From a virus, in IMG/VR virus record IMGVR_UViG_3300036045_000005, positions 1 through 64,000 of that record: a stretch of 64,000 nucleotides of DNA. One strand, given 5' to 3'. The notes under the pieces are model-generated. The model was not told the DNA's origin, ran no database searches, and saw only the letters and a list, made by a program, of their open reading frames with translations. The position numbers and the translations under genes were made by a program. Below are positions 54,203 to 63,216 of the stretch, piece by piece (the first letter of the stretch is position 1; each line of letters starts with the position of its first letter).

Positions 54203-54338
54203 ATAGCAAGTCGGCCGTGCGGGTGCTGTAACACCACACACGGCCTGAACCGCCAGCCTGATTCACTTTGCAGCGGCCAGGTTGGTGGTCTATATCTATA
54301 GTACCTAACTTCGTACTATACGCAAAAGGTTTATTGCG

Positions 54339-54384
54339 AAGCCCGCTGTGTGGCGATCTGAGGATTGCCGACAGCGGGCTTTTT
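54339..54384 (+). terminator. Leader terminator before the membrane-gene cluster
   Basis: AAGCCCGCTGT...ACAGCGGGCTT-TTT with an inner stem GGCGATC/GATTGCC. Confidence 0.7.
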
Positions 54385-54399
54385 GTTTAGGAGAGCGGC

Positions 54400-54606
54400 A
54401 TGAAAAGGCAGACAAAGAAAGGCGGGCAATATCACCTGACATCCGAAGAGGTGGAGGCGTTGACCAAAATACGCCGGCAGCACAAGCGTCGCAAGCCTCC
54501 GCAGCGGAAGGCTGCCGGGCGTGAGCGGCATCCTCTGAATAGAGATAATGTTATCGTCATCCTGCTCATCTTTATTTTTCTGTATCTCGTCCTTCAGGGG
54601 GTGTAG
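54400..54606 (+). CDS. Small basic protein with C-terminal TM helix
   Basis: AGGAG SD; VIVILLIFIFLYLVL. Confidence 0.65.
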   Translation: MKRQTKKGGQYHLTSEEVEALTKIRRQHKRRKPPQRKAAGRERHPLNRDNVIVILLIFIFLYLVLQGV

Positions 54607-54607
54607 C

Positions 54608-54898
54608 ATGATAAATTGGATACCACTTCTCGCAAACACCAACGCGCTCCAAAAGCAGGATGAATACTACACCCAACTCAGGCAGGCTCTCACCGCTCCG
54701 GCCCGCCGTTGCTTGCTGTGCGGCCGTGCCCAACCAGCCAGCACCAAAGACTGGTATGAGATTGACATTGATGCGGATGGGACGCAGTTTCTTGTCTGCC
54801 CCGACGAGGTGTCAGACAAGAGCAACGACCTGGAAGTAGCCAGAGTTTTCATCAATGTGGGGATGAAGATTCAGGAGATGCGAATGCGAAATGGATAA
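54608..54898 (+). CDS. Zinc-binding hypothetical protein
   Basis: CLLCG...VCPD. Confidence 0.6.
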   Translation: MINWIPLLANTNALQKQDEYYTQLRQALTAPARRCLLCGRAQPASTKDWYEIDIDADGTQFLVCPDEVSDKSNDLEVARVFINVGMKIQEMRMRNG

Positions 54899-55304
54899 AC
54901 CAATCATCTTTCTTGCGGTGTTGGCACTTGCCCTATGTGGTCTGGCGACGCTTGCCCTACGGCCGACGGTGGACAAGGTGGCGACGGCCGTCATCGAGGA
55001 GCAGACGCGCACCGATCCCATGGAGAGCCTGATCACCTATTCCGCCGAAACGGAGCGCAAGACTAGCCCGATCATCTACATCTTCTGTGGCATGTTGCCG
55101 CTGGTAGTATTATTTACGGCCGTGTTCTTCATGGAACACGCCACCGACTTTCTGCGGGAGCGTCGGCTGTCAAGGCGGAAAGGTCGGCGACACTCCCCCA
55201 CCCTGCCACTCCCTCACCGGCCGGACGTATCACATCTATACGAACCATCTCGTGTCCCCCTACCTGCCCCGCCACATGACAGTCAAGGAGATCGCCAATG
55301 GTAA
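54891..55304 (+). CDS. Two-TM membrane protein
   Basis: Two hydrophobic helices and a Pro-rich tail; AGGAG SD. Confidence 0.7.
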   Translation: MDKPIIFLAVLALALCGLATLALRPTVDKVATAVIEEQTRTDPMESLITYSAETERKTSPIIYIFCGMLPLVVLFTAVFFMEHATDFLRERRLSRRKGRRHSPTLPLPHRPDVSHLYEPSRVPLPAPPHDSQGDRQW

Positions 55305-56869
55305 AAGTGACGGCTGTCTTGCTGCTCTTCCTGCTGCTGACCGCCTGCGCCACCCCACCTGCTCAACCGGGCGCAGGGGGTTATAGTTATGATCCAGCGG
55401 TCAACGCCACTATTGCTGCGCGTGGTGCCCAGGATGCGGCGGCGACCTATGAGGCAGTGCAACGGGCAACAACCGTATCGGTGCAGCAAACGGCTGTTGC
55501 TGCTCAGAACGCCACAGGAACGGTGCAGGCGGCGGCCACCCGGACAGCAGCGGTTGCTACCAGCACGGCCGAAAGCCTGAGCATCCAAGCTACCAGTATT
55601 GCGCTGGCGGCCGTGCAGACAGGCAACGCCATCAACGCCCAGGCCACGCAGATCGCAGTGGTGGCCGAGCAGACTCGATTGGCCCAGGAAGCGGCTAATA
55701 TCGAGATGGCTCGCGCCGACCAGCAACGACGGCTAGAAAACCAGCGCGACCGGGAGGAGATGTGGAACACCATTATCTTCCCAGCCCTGGTGTTGGTGGC
55801 GGTGTTGGTGGCTGTTGGCGGCATCGTGTATGCCGCCGTCTATATCTGGCGCCGGACGCAGCCGGTCATCCATGTGACCATCAACGGCCGTGATGTGCCG
55901 ATGATCCTGGATGGACAGCGCGGTGGCTACAAATTGCTGCCGCAAAATGTGATAGGTGATGTGCTGGCGCCGCCTGCCCCGGCGAGTGCGGCCGTGCAGC
56001 CCGAACCACTACCTGCCTTGCCGGAAGGCCACGTAGTGATTGCTGGCCCAACGCGTAGCGGGAAGACAACCACCCTCCTGGCAATTTTGCAACACCGGCA
56101 AGACGTGGTGGCGATAGACCCGCACGGGGCACCAGGCAAATGGGGCGATGCCCGTATGCTTGGTGCGGGGCGCAATTTTCAGGAAATTGCAGCCTTCATG
56201 CAATGGATGGAAGCGGAATTGAATCGCCGTGCGCAAGCATTGGCGGCCGACGCAAACACCAAGTTTCCTGAGATGACAGTGGTGGCCGATGAATTACCGG
56301 CCATAGCCGATGAGCTGGGTGGAGATCGTGCCTACAGCAGTTGGAAGAAGTGGGTGCGCGAAGGATGGAAATTCGGATTGTACTTTGTCTTTTCGTCTCA
56401 AAGTCTCCAGGTAAAGCCATTGGGACTAGAAGGCGAAAAGGACATACTGCGGAACTTCGTGGCCGCTATCGCTCTGGGCGGGGAGGCGGTTGAACGGTAT
56501 CCAGATTTGGCGCGGGGGATGGAACGTCCGGCTGTGCTGCGCACACTGCGCGGGACTGCCCGTGTCATCATCCCGCAAGTGGGATCGCCATCCTCCACCT
56601 CACCGACCAATGGCTATGTCGCCCCACCGGTCATCAACCTGCCCAATCCGCGCAGCCAGGCGGAGGTAGACGGCCGTGCCATGGATGGTGTTATCGCCGA
56701 GTGCGATTCGCTCAATGACGTAGGTCGTGTGCTGATGGATGCTGGCCCGGATGATATGGAAACACGGCCGTCTGGTCAGATGTTGCGGGAACGGGTGCGG
56801 CCGGCGTTGGCCTGGCGCATTAACTATCTGAGTTGCCCAGATTCAAGTCGGATATTGATCGGACGATAA
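55298..56869 (+). CDS. Lipoprotein / TM-anchored FtsK-HerA-superfamily ATPase
   Basis: Lipobox LLTAC, Ala/Thr-rich coil, TM helix, GPTRSGKT, AIDPH, ELNRR, VVADE, REGWKFG...SSQS. Confidence 0.8.
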   Translation: MVKVTAVLLLFLLLTACATPPAQPGAGGYSYDPAVNATIAARGAQDAAATYEAVQRATTVSVQQTAVAAQNATGTVQAAATRTAAVATSTAESLSIQATSIALAAVQTGNAINAQATQIAVVAEQTRLAQEAANIEMARADQQRRLENQRDREEMWNTIIFPALVLVAVLVAVGGIVYAAVYIWRRTQPVIHVTINGRDVPMILDGQRGGYKLLPQNVIGDVLAPPAPASAAVQPEPLPALPEGHVVIAGPTRSGKTTTLLAILQHRQDVVAIDPHGAPGKWGDARMLGAGRNFQEIAAFMQWMEAELNRRAQALAADANTKFPEMTVVADELPAIADELGGDRAYSSWKKWVREGWKFGLYFVFSSQSLQVKPLGLEGEKDILRNFVAAIALGGEAVERYPDLARGMERPAVLRTLRGTARVIIPQVGSPSSTSPTNGYVAPPVINLPNPRSQAEVDGRAMDGVIAECDSLNDVGRVLMDAGPDDMETRPSGQMLRERVRPALAWRINYLSCPDSSRILIGR

Positions 56870-56878
56870 GGAGCAGAG

Positions 56879-57079
56879 ATAAGCAGCACAACGAAAGACT
56901 GGTGGCTGGAGTGTCCACATTGTGGCGGCAAGTTGGGGTTTGTGGAAAGCGCGGTGAAGAGGGGTGACCCGTTGCGAGCCAGTCTCAAAGAGGCGTGTGA
57001 TTGTGGTCACTGCAAAAAACGTGTGCCAGCCAGGGCGATGCTATGGAAAACCCGCCCGCCCCAAAAAAGGCAGTGGTAG
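56879..57079 (+). CDS. 66-aa zinc-ribbon protein with apparent ATA start (not in the ORF track)
   Basis: AAGGAG SD 5 nt before ATA; ECPHCGG...CGHCKK. Confidence 0.55.
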   Translation: MSSTTKDWWLECPHCGGKLGFVESAVKRGDPLRASLKEACDCGHCKKRVPARAMLWKTRPPQKRQW

Positions 57080-57098
57080 TTTCCCCTGTTGGCAGACA

Positions 57099-57126
57099 AA
57101 AAACCGCTGGGACACGGCGGTTTTTT
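57099..57126. terminator. Bidirectional terminator
   Basis: AAAAACCGCTG...CGGCGGTTTTTT. Confidence 0.8.
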
Positions 57127-57128
57127 GT

Positions 57129-57253
57129 TGCGACGCACTGCGATAAATCTCGTCGCAATCCCCCTCCCCCATCGCACTGCGACCAGAGGTACGCACTGCG
57201 ACGCATTGCGACTGCGACGCGGAAAAACAGCAACCCCCACATAGTCGCAACGC
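57129..57253. repeat. Intergenic TGCGAC / CGCA(C/T)TGCGA repeat cluster
   Basis: TGCGAC at 57129, 57178, 57197, 57207, 57213 (+) and 57152, 57244 (-). Confidence 0.8.
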
Positions 57254-57352
57254 ACAAAACAGCGAATAATCTCTCGCCCCATTAGCATAAAAATCTGTTT
57301 GTTGTTGCGGAAACGGCTGTGTTCCCTGCTGCGTTTTGCCTGTGTCAATTGA

Positions 57353-57382
57353 TTGACAAAATCAAACACTTTGATTTATAAT
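57353..57382 (+). promoter_or_regulatory. Consensus promoter with a palindromic operator in the spacer
   Basis: TTGACA, 18 bp, TATAAT; AAATCAAA-CAC-TTTGATTT. Confidence 0.85.
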
Positions 57383-57426
57383 TCAAAACACCTTGATCAT
57401 TTGGTTGTAAAAAAGGAGTGTGGATC

Positions 57427-58083
57427 GTGGATAAAATCACCTGGAAAAAGAGCAAAGTTGAGGGAAGAACTGGCGTTTCCGTGCCGTACAATGCGGTATT
57501 CAACGAGCAACTGCAAGCAGCCGTGCCTTCGGCCAAATTCGAGCGGCAACCCTCGGCCTGGTTTATAGACGAAGAAGCGAAGGAGGAGGTCATCCCCCTG
57601 CTGGAAAAATTCTACCTGAACACGTCGCGCTACCGCGTGACCTGGGACATTAAGCAGGCGGGCAACATCCTGATTGATGGCGCGCGACTGATGTGGGTCA
57701 ATCGGGACCATTATAAATTCAGCCACGATCATGGCCTGGCGTTTAAGGTCGTGGAGAATACGCTGGACACCAGTGGTAGCCGCGCCAACCCTTATATTTA
57801 CGGCCGTCTGGTGCTGGAAATCTCCCTGCGCGAAGGTGCGGTGATTGAGCCAGCGCCGACTGAGATGGTTGCTATGGTGGAGGATGAGACGGCCGTGCGC
57901 CCCAACCAGCTAGCCGCCTTCCCCACCAGTGACCTGGTGGCAGAGTTGGAGCGACGTGGGCAGGCCAGCGAGACGGCTGCACAGGAGGCGATTAAGGCCA
58001 TCCTGACGGCCGTTGAGAAATCGAGTCGGGTACTTTTTGAAGAAGCGATTGAAAAAGCAAAGCACGTCATTGAGTACGCATAA
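57427..58083 (+). CDS. Hypothetical protein
   Basis: AAGGAG SD before GTG 57427; PYN..F N-terminal motif. Confidence 0.7.
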   Translation: MDKITWKKSKVEGRTGVSVPYNAVFNEQLQAAVPSAKFERQPSAWFIDEEAKEEVIPLLEKFYLNTSRYRVTWDIKQAGNILIDGARLMWVNRDHYKFSHDHGLAFKVVENTLDTSGSRANPYIYGRLVLEISLREGAVIEPAPTEMVAMVEDETAVRPNQLAAFPTSDLVAELERRGQASETAAQEAIKAILTAVEKSSRVLFEEAIEKAKHVIEYA

Positions 58084-58094
58084 GGAAGGGCGAA

Positions 58095-58445
58095 ATGGAG
58101 CATTTACAGGTATTCATAGAGTGGGCACAAAAAGATTATTCCCGCCTTGTTTCGGCGAAGCAGCGCAAATTTTTCGCGGATAAATTGCGGCGGGCGATGG
58201 CTGCCCACACGTTGCCTACAAACGACATGAGCGGCAGGTTTCCCTGCATCGCTTTTTTCTTCGATGCGGGCGTGGACGTGATCACCTCTACTGATTACAT
58301 TTTGGTGGAGATGCCTACACCGACGGCCGCCACGCCATACGGCCGTCTCTGCGTCAACTTTGGTGAGGCGGCTTGCCAACGGTTGGGGCTGCGGTGGGGA
58401 ATAAACGGTAAATACGTGGATGATAAGTCCGCTCGCCCATCATGA
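58095..58445 (+). CDS. Hypothetical protein
   Basis: AAGGAAGG SD; ATGA overlap. Confidence 0.6.
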   Translation: MEHLQVFIEWAQKDYSRLVSAKQRKFFADKLRRAMAAHTLPTNDMSGRFPCIAFFFDAGVDVITSTDYILVEMPTPTAATPYGRLCVNFGEAACQRLGLRWGINGKYVDDKSARPS

Positions 58446-59113
58446 GCGAGTTACTTCTTGTCCGCCCCCCTACCCCAAAGACGGCCAGCATTGCCCGTAT
58501 CTCGTTTGACGGCGCGATGCTGCGTTGCTTCTTCCCGGAGAAGCGGGAGGACTTCAACCAGATCGTGAAGTGTCACAATCTGCGGTGGCAATCGCCGTAT
58601 TTCGTGCGTGAGATTACAGACGACACTGACCGCCTGAATTGGACGGCCGAACTCATCCACGCGCTGCTGGCTGGCGGCTTTTGCGTGAAAGCGGATGAGA
58701 GCCTCGTCCACACGGCCGTCAATCAGAGCTACACGAAAGAACCGCGTCGCACGGTATCGGCCGTTCGGACTGACCACTCGCAGTATGGTGGCTGGTTCCG
58801 CATCTGGTGGCATCGGGACGAGGACTGCTATCAGGTAGCCAAACGGCTGCCCGGAGCGCGGTACGCCAAGCCAGTTGTGGTGGTGCCGCCCGACAGTTTC
58901 GCCGAAGTACTGGATTTTGCGGAGCGGCACGAGTTTTTGGTACGGCCGTCGGCGTTGCGTGTGGCCGATGCTGCGCGGGCCGAACTGGAAGCGGCTCTGG
59001 TGGTGAGTGTGGCTGCGCCGGTAGAGCCAGAGGTGGTACGGCCGTCCACCAAACCACCCAAACTAGAAGTTCCCGATAAGGTGGCGATAGATGAATCGCT
59101 TCTCGATGATTAG
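58442..59113 (+). CDS. Helicase-associated hypothetical protein
   Basis: Overlaps the SNF2 gene; AKRLPGARY...EVLDFAERHEF. Confidence 0.65.
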   Translation: MSELLLVRPPTPKTASIARISFDGAMLRCFFPEKREDFNQIVKCHNLRWQSPYFVREITDDTDRLNWTAELIHALLAGGFCVKADESLVHTAVNQSYTKEPRRTVSAVRTDHSQYGGWFRIWWHRDEDCYQVAKRLPGARYAKPVVVVPPDSFAEVLDFAERHEFLVRPSALRVADAARAELEAALVVSVAAPVEPEVVRPSTKPPKLEVPDKVAIDESLLDD

Positions 59114-60506
59114 TTCCCCCTACCCTCACCAGATTCCCGCCATTGAAAAGTTGTCCCGGCCGCGTGTCGGGGCGGCTTTTATGGAGATGGGCACGGGCAA
59201 GACGTTCGTGGCCTTGAACCTGGTACACAGCCGTCAGTCTCGCATCAATCGTGTCATCATCTATTGCCCGGTGTCTGGCAAGGAAACGTGGTATGAGGAA
59301 ATACGCAAACACACGGATGTACGGCCGTGTGACATCTGCCTGTTCGACGAGCGCACGAATATACGAAGCGTTCCCCGCTCTGCTTCCTGGCTAGTGATTG
59401 GCATTGAGAGCATGAGCAGTTCCGACCGCGTGGCCCTGGCCGCCCACGATCTGACGACGAGCGAGACGTTTGTCATCGCCGACGAGGGCAGCTACATCAA
59501 GGGTCATCGGGCCAGGCGGACGCAGCGCATCACTCGCTACAGCGAGGATTCGCGCTACCGGCTGCTGCTGAACGGCACACCGATTAGCCAGGGGTACGAA
59601 GACCTGTACGCCCAAATGAACTTCCTCAGCCCCAAAATCCTGGGGTACGGGTCATTCTACAGCTTCGCCGCCAACCACCTGGAATACTCCGAGAAATACA
59701 AGGGGTTGGTGGTCAGGGCGCACAACACCTCCTGGCTGGCGGCGAAGATGAACCCCTACATCTATCAGATAACCAAAGAGGAGGCGGGGCTGAACCTGCC
59801 ACCGAAGCTATATGACAGCCGCTATTTCCCGCTTGCCCGTGAGCAGCGGGAGGCATATGAGCAGGCGAAATACGAAATCCTGATGGATGCGGAGGAGGTG
59901 GATAGCTACGTCATCTTCCACCTGTTCACGGTGTTGCAGCAGATCGCCAGTGGCTTTTGGAAGCGGGACGGCTGTTTGTTGGAATTCCCTCACCGGCGCG
60001 TGGAGATGTTGCTGGATTACATGGAGGATGTCGGGGATCAGGAAAAGGTCATCATCTGGACGAAGTTCCGCCACTCCGTGCGCCAGATAACGGAAGAGTT
60101 GGCCGGGAAATACGGCCGTGATTCAGTGGCGCAGTATTACGGCGACCTGAACGAGAAGGAACGGGCGGCGGAGTTGGCCCGGTGGCGGCGAGAGGCTCGG
60201 TTCATTGTGGCAACAATGGAGACAGGTGGGCATGTGCAGACCTGGAACGAAGCGGCGTACAGCCTGTTCTATGAAAACGAATTCAAATACGCCAACCGGC
60301 TCCAGGCGGAGGACAGGAATCATCGCATCGGCCAGGGGCGACGACCGACCTATACCAACCTCTGGGCGCAGTGTGGGATTGAGGAGCGGATTGCGGCCAG
60401 CCACGCGAAGAAGGGGGACACGGTGCGAGATTTCCGGCGCGAAGTTGACAGGCTGAAGGATTTGAAGGGGAAGGAGTTGAAGAAGGCAGTCTTGGAATTA
60501 CTATAA
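59091..60506 (+). CDS. SNF2-family helicase
   Basis: YPHQ, MEMGTGKT, IADEG, LNGTP, KVIIWTKF, QAEDRNHRIGQ. Confidence 0.92.
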   Translation: MNRFSMISSPYPHQIPAIEKLSRPRVGAAFMEMGTGKTFVALNLVHSRQSRINRVIIYCPVSGKETWYEEIRKHTDVRPCDICLFDERTNIRSVPRSASWLVIGIESMSSSDRVALAAHDLTTSETFVIADEGSYIKGHRARRTQRITRYSEDSRYRLLLNGTPISQGYEDLYAQMNFLSPKILGYGSFYSFAANHLEYSEKYKGLVVRAHNTSWLAAKMNPYIYQITKEEAGLNLPPKLYDSRYFPLAREQREAYEQAKYEILMDAEEVDSYVIFHLFTVLQQIASGFWKRDGCLLEFPHRRVEMLLDYMEDVGDQEKVIIWTKFRHSVRQITEELAGKYGRDSVAQYYGDLNEKERAAELARWRREARFIVATMETGGHVQTWNEAAYSLFYENEFKYANRLQAEDRNHRIGQGRRPTYTNLWAQCGIEERIAASHAKKGDTVRDFRREVDRLKDLKGKELKKAVLELL

Positions 60507-60513
60507 TTTGGGG

Positions 60514-60541
60514 TTGACTAATCAAAGTCTTTGATTATACT
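60514..60541 (+). promoter_or_regulatory. Promoter with a palindromic operator in the spacer
   Basis: TTGACT, 16 bp, TATACT; TAATCAAA-GTC-TTTGATTA. Confidence 0.8.
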
Positions 60542-60588
60542 AATAGTAGTATTACTAACGTTTATTGGACATACGTCCAAAAGGAAAG

Positions 60589-61338
60589 ATGATGAACGAC
60601 ATTTACAAAACAATTGGTCAGAACGAAATGGCGGAACGTCTGGGGTTGTCAGTAGAGGAGTTGCTGGCGTTGATCCCTCAAGGGATTCCCGCCCATGCTC
60701 ACCCATCATCCCATTATGGGGAGTACCGGTTCCATGAATCTGGGGTCGAGCAGGTCAGGGCGATTGTCAATTGCCTGACTGGTGGTGGGCACGAATGGCA
60801 ATTTGACCACTATTATGATACACGGCTGAAGCTGCCCGTGATGGTGTGTAAAAATTGCGGCCTGGACAGCTTCCCGTCTACGCCCTATACAGGCAACGAT
60901 GCTCCCAAACTGTCAACCCCACGTGTAACAGGTGAACCGGCCACCGAAAAACAATTGGCTTACCTGCAAAAACTGAATGCCTGGTACGCACCAGACATTA
61001 CCAAACGCGAAGCCAGCGATCTGATTGACGAAGCCAAACAGCGCGTCGTCTCCCCCACCCTCTACTACGTTAAACCTATCCAGGCCACCTGTGAACGATG
61101 TGGCGTGGAATCGCCGGTTGAGGAGATGGTAGACGGTAAGGGTGGCTACGACTGGGATAATCCCGATGAGGATTTCCAGGGCAGCATCCACCTGATGAGC
61201 TATCGTTGCGCTGATGGGCATGGCTGCCAGGCTAATCGGCAGGCAAACGCAGAGGCGGCACGAATCACAGCGGAGGTGGAGCATTACGGCCGTTATGATG
61301 ACAATTCCCCTGGACAGATTGGAGGTGGAAAAATCTAA
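60589..61338 (+). CDS. Multidomain hypothetical protein (HTH-like, Cys motifs, ATEKQ domain)
   Basis: MAERLGLS, CKNCG, PATEKQLAYL...ITKREASDLID, CERCG. Confidence 0.65.
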   Translation: MMNDIYKTIGQNEMAERLGLSVEELLALIPQGIPAHAHPSSHYGEYRFHESGVEQVRAIVNCLTGGGHEWQFDHYYDTRLKLPVMVCKNCGLDSFPSTPYTGNDAPKLSTPRVTGEPATEKQLAYLQKLNAWYAPDITKREASDLIDEAKQRVVSPTLYYVKPIQATCERCGVESPVEEMVDGKGGYDWDNPDEDFQGSIHLMSYRCADGHGCQANRQANAEAARITAEVEHYGRYDDNSPGQIGGGKI

Positions 61339-61451
61339 TAATAATCGGCCGTGCCAAGCACGGTCAATCCCGCAGACGGCCGTCACGCTGGTGGCGCGGG
61401 GTAAGCCTCCATTCGGAGGCAGGCGGCGGCCAAAAACCTTACACAAGGAGA

Positions 61452-62240
61452 ATGGAAATGTCTGAGGTAATTTACGAATCAAGTGTATTAGTGTCCAGGG
61501 AGCGCGGGGTGTTCCGGGTGGTTGTAGTCCCGGATGGCGGAAAGTTCTCCGTCGTCCAGATCGATCTAGACAGCGATCACAACCCCACGAACGAAACAAC
61601 TGTAGCCAGGTTCCGCAAGGCGAGCAACGCTGTAGAAGCAGTTACGTATCTGGAGGCCAACGGGGATTTCCCGGAGCGTCTAAAGATTTCTGTGCGCCAG
61701 ACGCAGCGTGGCGATTGGCTGGTTGTCGCTGCTCTGCAAAACAAATGCGGTATCGGTATCCACCGGTTAGGCAGCCCTGCCCCTGGATACACCACTGGGC
61801 AGCAGTACGGCCGTTATGCCAGCGAGGTAGAAGCGTGGCGGGAGGCTGCGCGACTGGCGGAGGAAAAAGATGGGGTTGTGGTTGAATGGGTGTATCCGCG
61901 ACCCAACCCTCAGTTTGTAGACCTCCCCCGCCAATACCCAAACGAAACCCATTACGCCTCATTTGAGGAGGCGGAAGCGGACGGCTGGATTTACATCAAT
62001 CCGTCGAAAACGATTGAGCATTATAACGGAGGCGTGATGTTTGCTCAGGACATTACACCAGGGAGGGCGCAAGGCTATGAGTTGGCGTTGATGATCAAAC
62101 ATGGTGGTCAATTGCAGCCCCGCCAGTTTGCGACCAACCAGATAATTTGGGCTGGTGGCAGATTCTCTTACCGATTCCGAACGGGCGACGTGGTGGATGC
62201 CATTAGGACGGCCCGGCGGTTTATTGATTCGCTTGCTTGA
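61452..62240 (+). CDS. Hypothetical protein
   Basis: AAGGAG SD; long ORF on the coding strand. Confidence 0.65.
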   Translation: MEMSEVIYESSVLVSRERGVFRVVVVPDGGKFSVVQIDLDSDHNPTNETTVARFRKASNAVEAVTYLEANGDFPERLKISVRQTQRGDWLVVAALQNKCGIGIHRLGSPAPGYTTGQQYGRYASEVEAWREAARLAEEKDGVVVEWVYPRPNPQFVDLPRQYPNETHYASFEEAEADGWIYINPSKTIEHYNGGVMFAQDITPGRAQGYELALMIKHGGQLQPRQFATNQIIWAGGRFSYRFRTGDVVDAIRTARRFIDSLA

Positions 62241-62246
62241 TGATGT

Positions 62247-62277
62247 GGACGGCCGTCACGATGACGGCCGTCCTTCT
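62247..62277 (+). terminator. Hairpin built from two ACGGCCGT copies
   Basis: GGACGGCCGTCA-CGA-TGACGGCCGTCC followed by TTCT. Confidence 0.5.
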
Positions 62278-62283
62278 ATAGCC

Positions 62284-63216
62284 ATGTACGACCTACACAT
62301 ATTCGACCTCGACAACACCCTGGCTTCCCGCGACCGAGACACCCTCTCCTCCGCCCCAGCCGCCTGGCTGCGCGAGCATCGGCCGCAGCGCGTGGCCATT
62401 GCCACCAATCAAGGTGGCGTGGGAATGCGCTACTGGATGGACAGTGGTGGTTTTGGTGAGCCGGAGAAGTTTCCTACGGAGACGGCCGTGCGCACCCGAC
62501 TGGCCGCTATCGCCGATGCTGTTCGCGCCCTCACCGGCGGCCAGGTGCGGGTCTACATGGCCTTCAGCTACCTCTCGCAGAAAGGCAATTGGTCGCCCAC
62601 TCCGCCCGGCCGCGAGGCTGAGCCTGAGTGGAGCCAGGCGTGGCGCAAGCCTAATCCTGGTATGTTGCTGCAAGCGGCGGCTGATTTTGGCGTGTCGCCA
62701 GAGCAGTGCATCTACGTTGGTGATTCCATCTCCAATGGCAGCGATGAAGTGGCAGCAGTGGCCGCAGGTATGGCCTATATAGATGAAAAGCAACTGTTCG
62801 GCCGTGTGGTCACGGTTTCCTACCGGCGTAGCTGGCCGATTGAGTGGCTACGGCCGCATGAACGCATTGGTCTGGATGTGGCGGCTACCTATCGCCGCTT
62901 CGAGCAGGCTCTCCGCGACAACCTGATGGTTTATCACTACATCCTGGGTATTGAGTTTGAGCCGATGGATGAGGCGGATCATGATTTCCATTTCGATGAA
63001 GCGAGCGCGGCCGTGCTGGAACACGAGATCGCATTACGCTGGATTCGGGACATGGATATTAACAGGAGATGGCTGGTGTACCTGACGGCCGAGGAACATG
63101 CCGAAGCATTAGCCAACCACCCACAGTATTTCCCATCACTCACTGGTGAGTTGATGGATATATATGGCCTGAGCGCGAAGGAGGCGATTGCGCTCAGGGA
63201 CAAAGCGAGGCAATGA
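62284..63216 (+). CDS. HAD-IIIA phosphatase (GmhB / polynucleotide-phosphatase-like) with C-terminal extension
   Basis: FDLDNTL, ATNQGGV, RKPNPGML, YVGD...D..AA.AAG. Confidence 0.88.
   Translation: MYDLHIFDLDNTLASRDRDTLSSAPAAWLREHRPQRVAIATNQGGVGMRYWMDSGGFGEPEKFPTETAVRTRLAAIADAVRALTGGQVRVYMAFSYLSQKGNWSPTPPGREAEPEWSQAWRKPNPGMLLQAAADFGVSPEQCIYVGDSISNGSDEVAAVAAGMAYIDEKQLFGRVVTVSYRRSWPIEWLRPHERIGLDVAATYRRFEQALRDNLMVYHYILGIEFEPMDEADHDFHFDEASAAVLEHEIALRWIRDMDINRRWLVYLTAEEHAEALANHPQYFPSLTGELMDIYGLSAKEAIALRDKARQ

Noticed and set aside
57129-57253. CRISPR array (also considered for 7495-7606)
   Set aside because: Units are too short, irregular or abutting; there are no spacers of uniform length and no cas genes.
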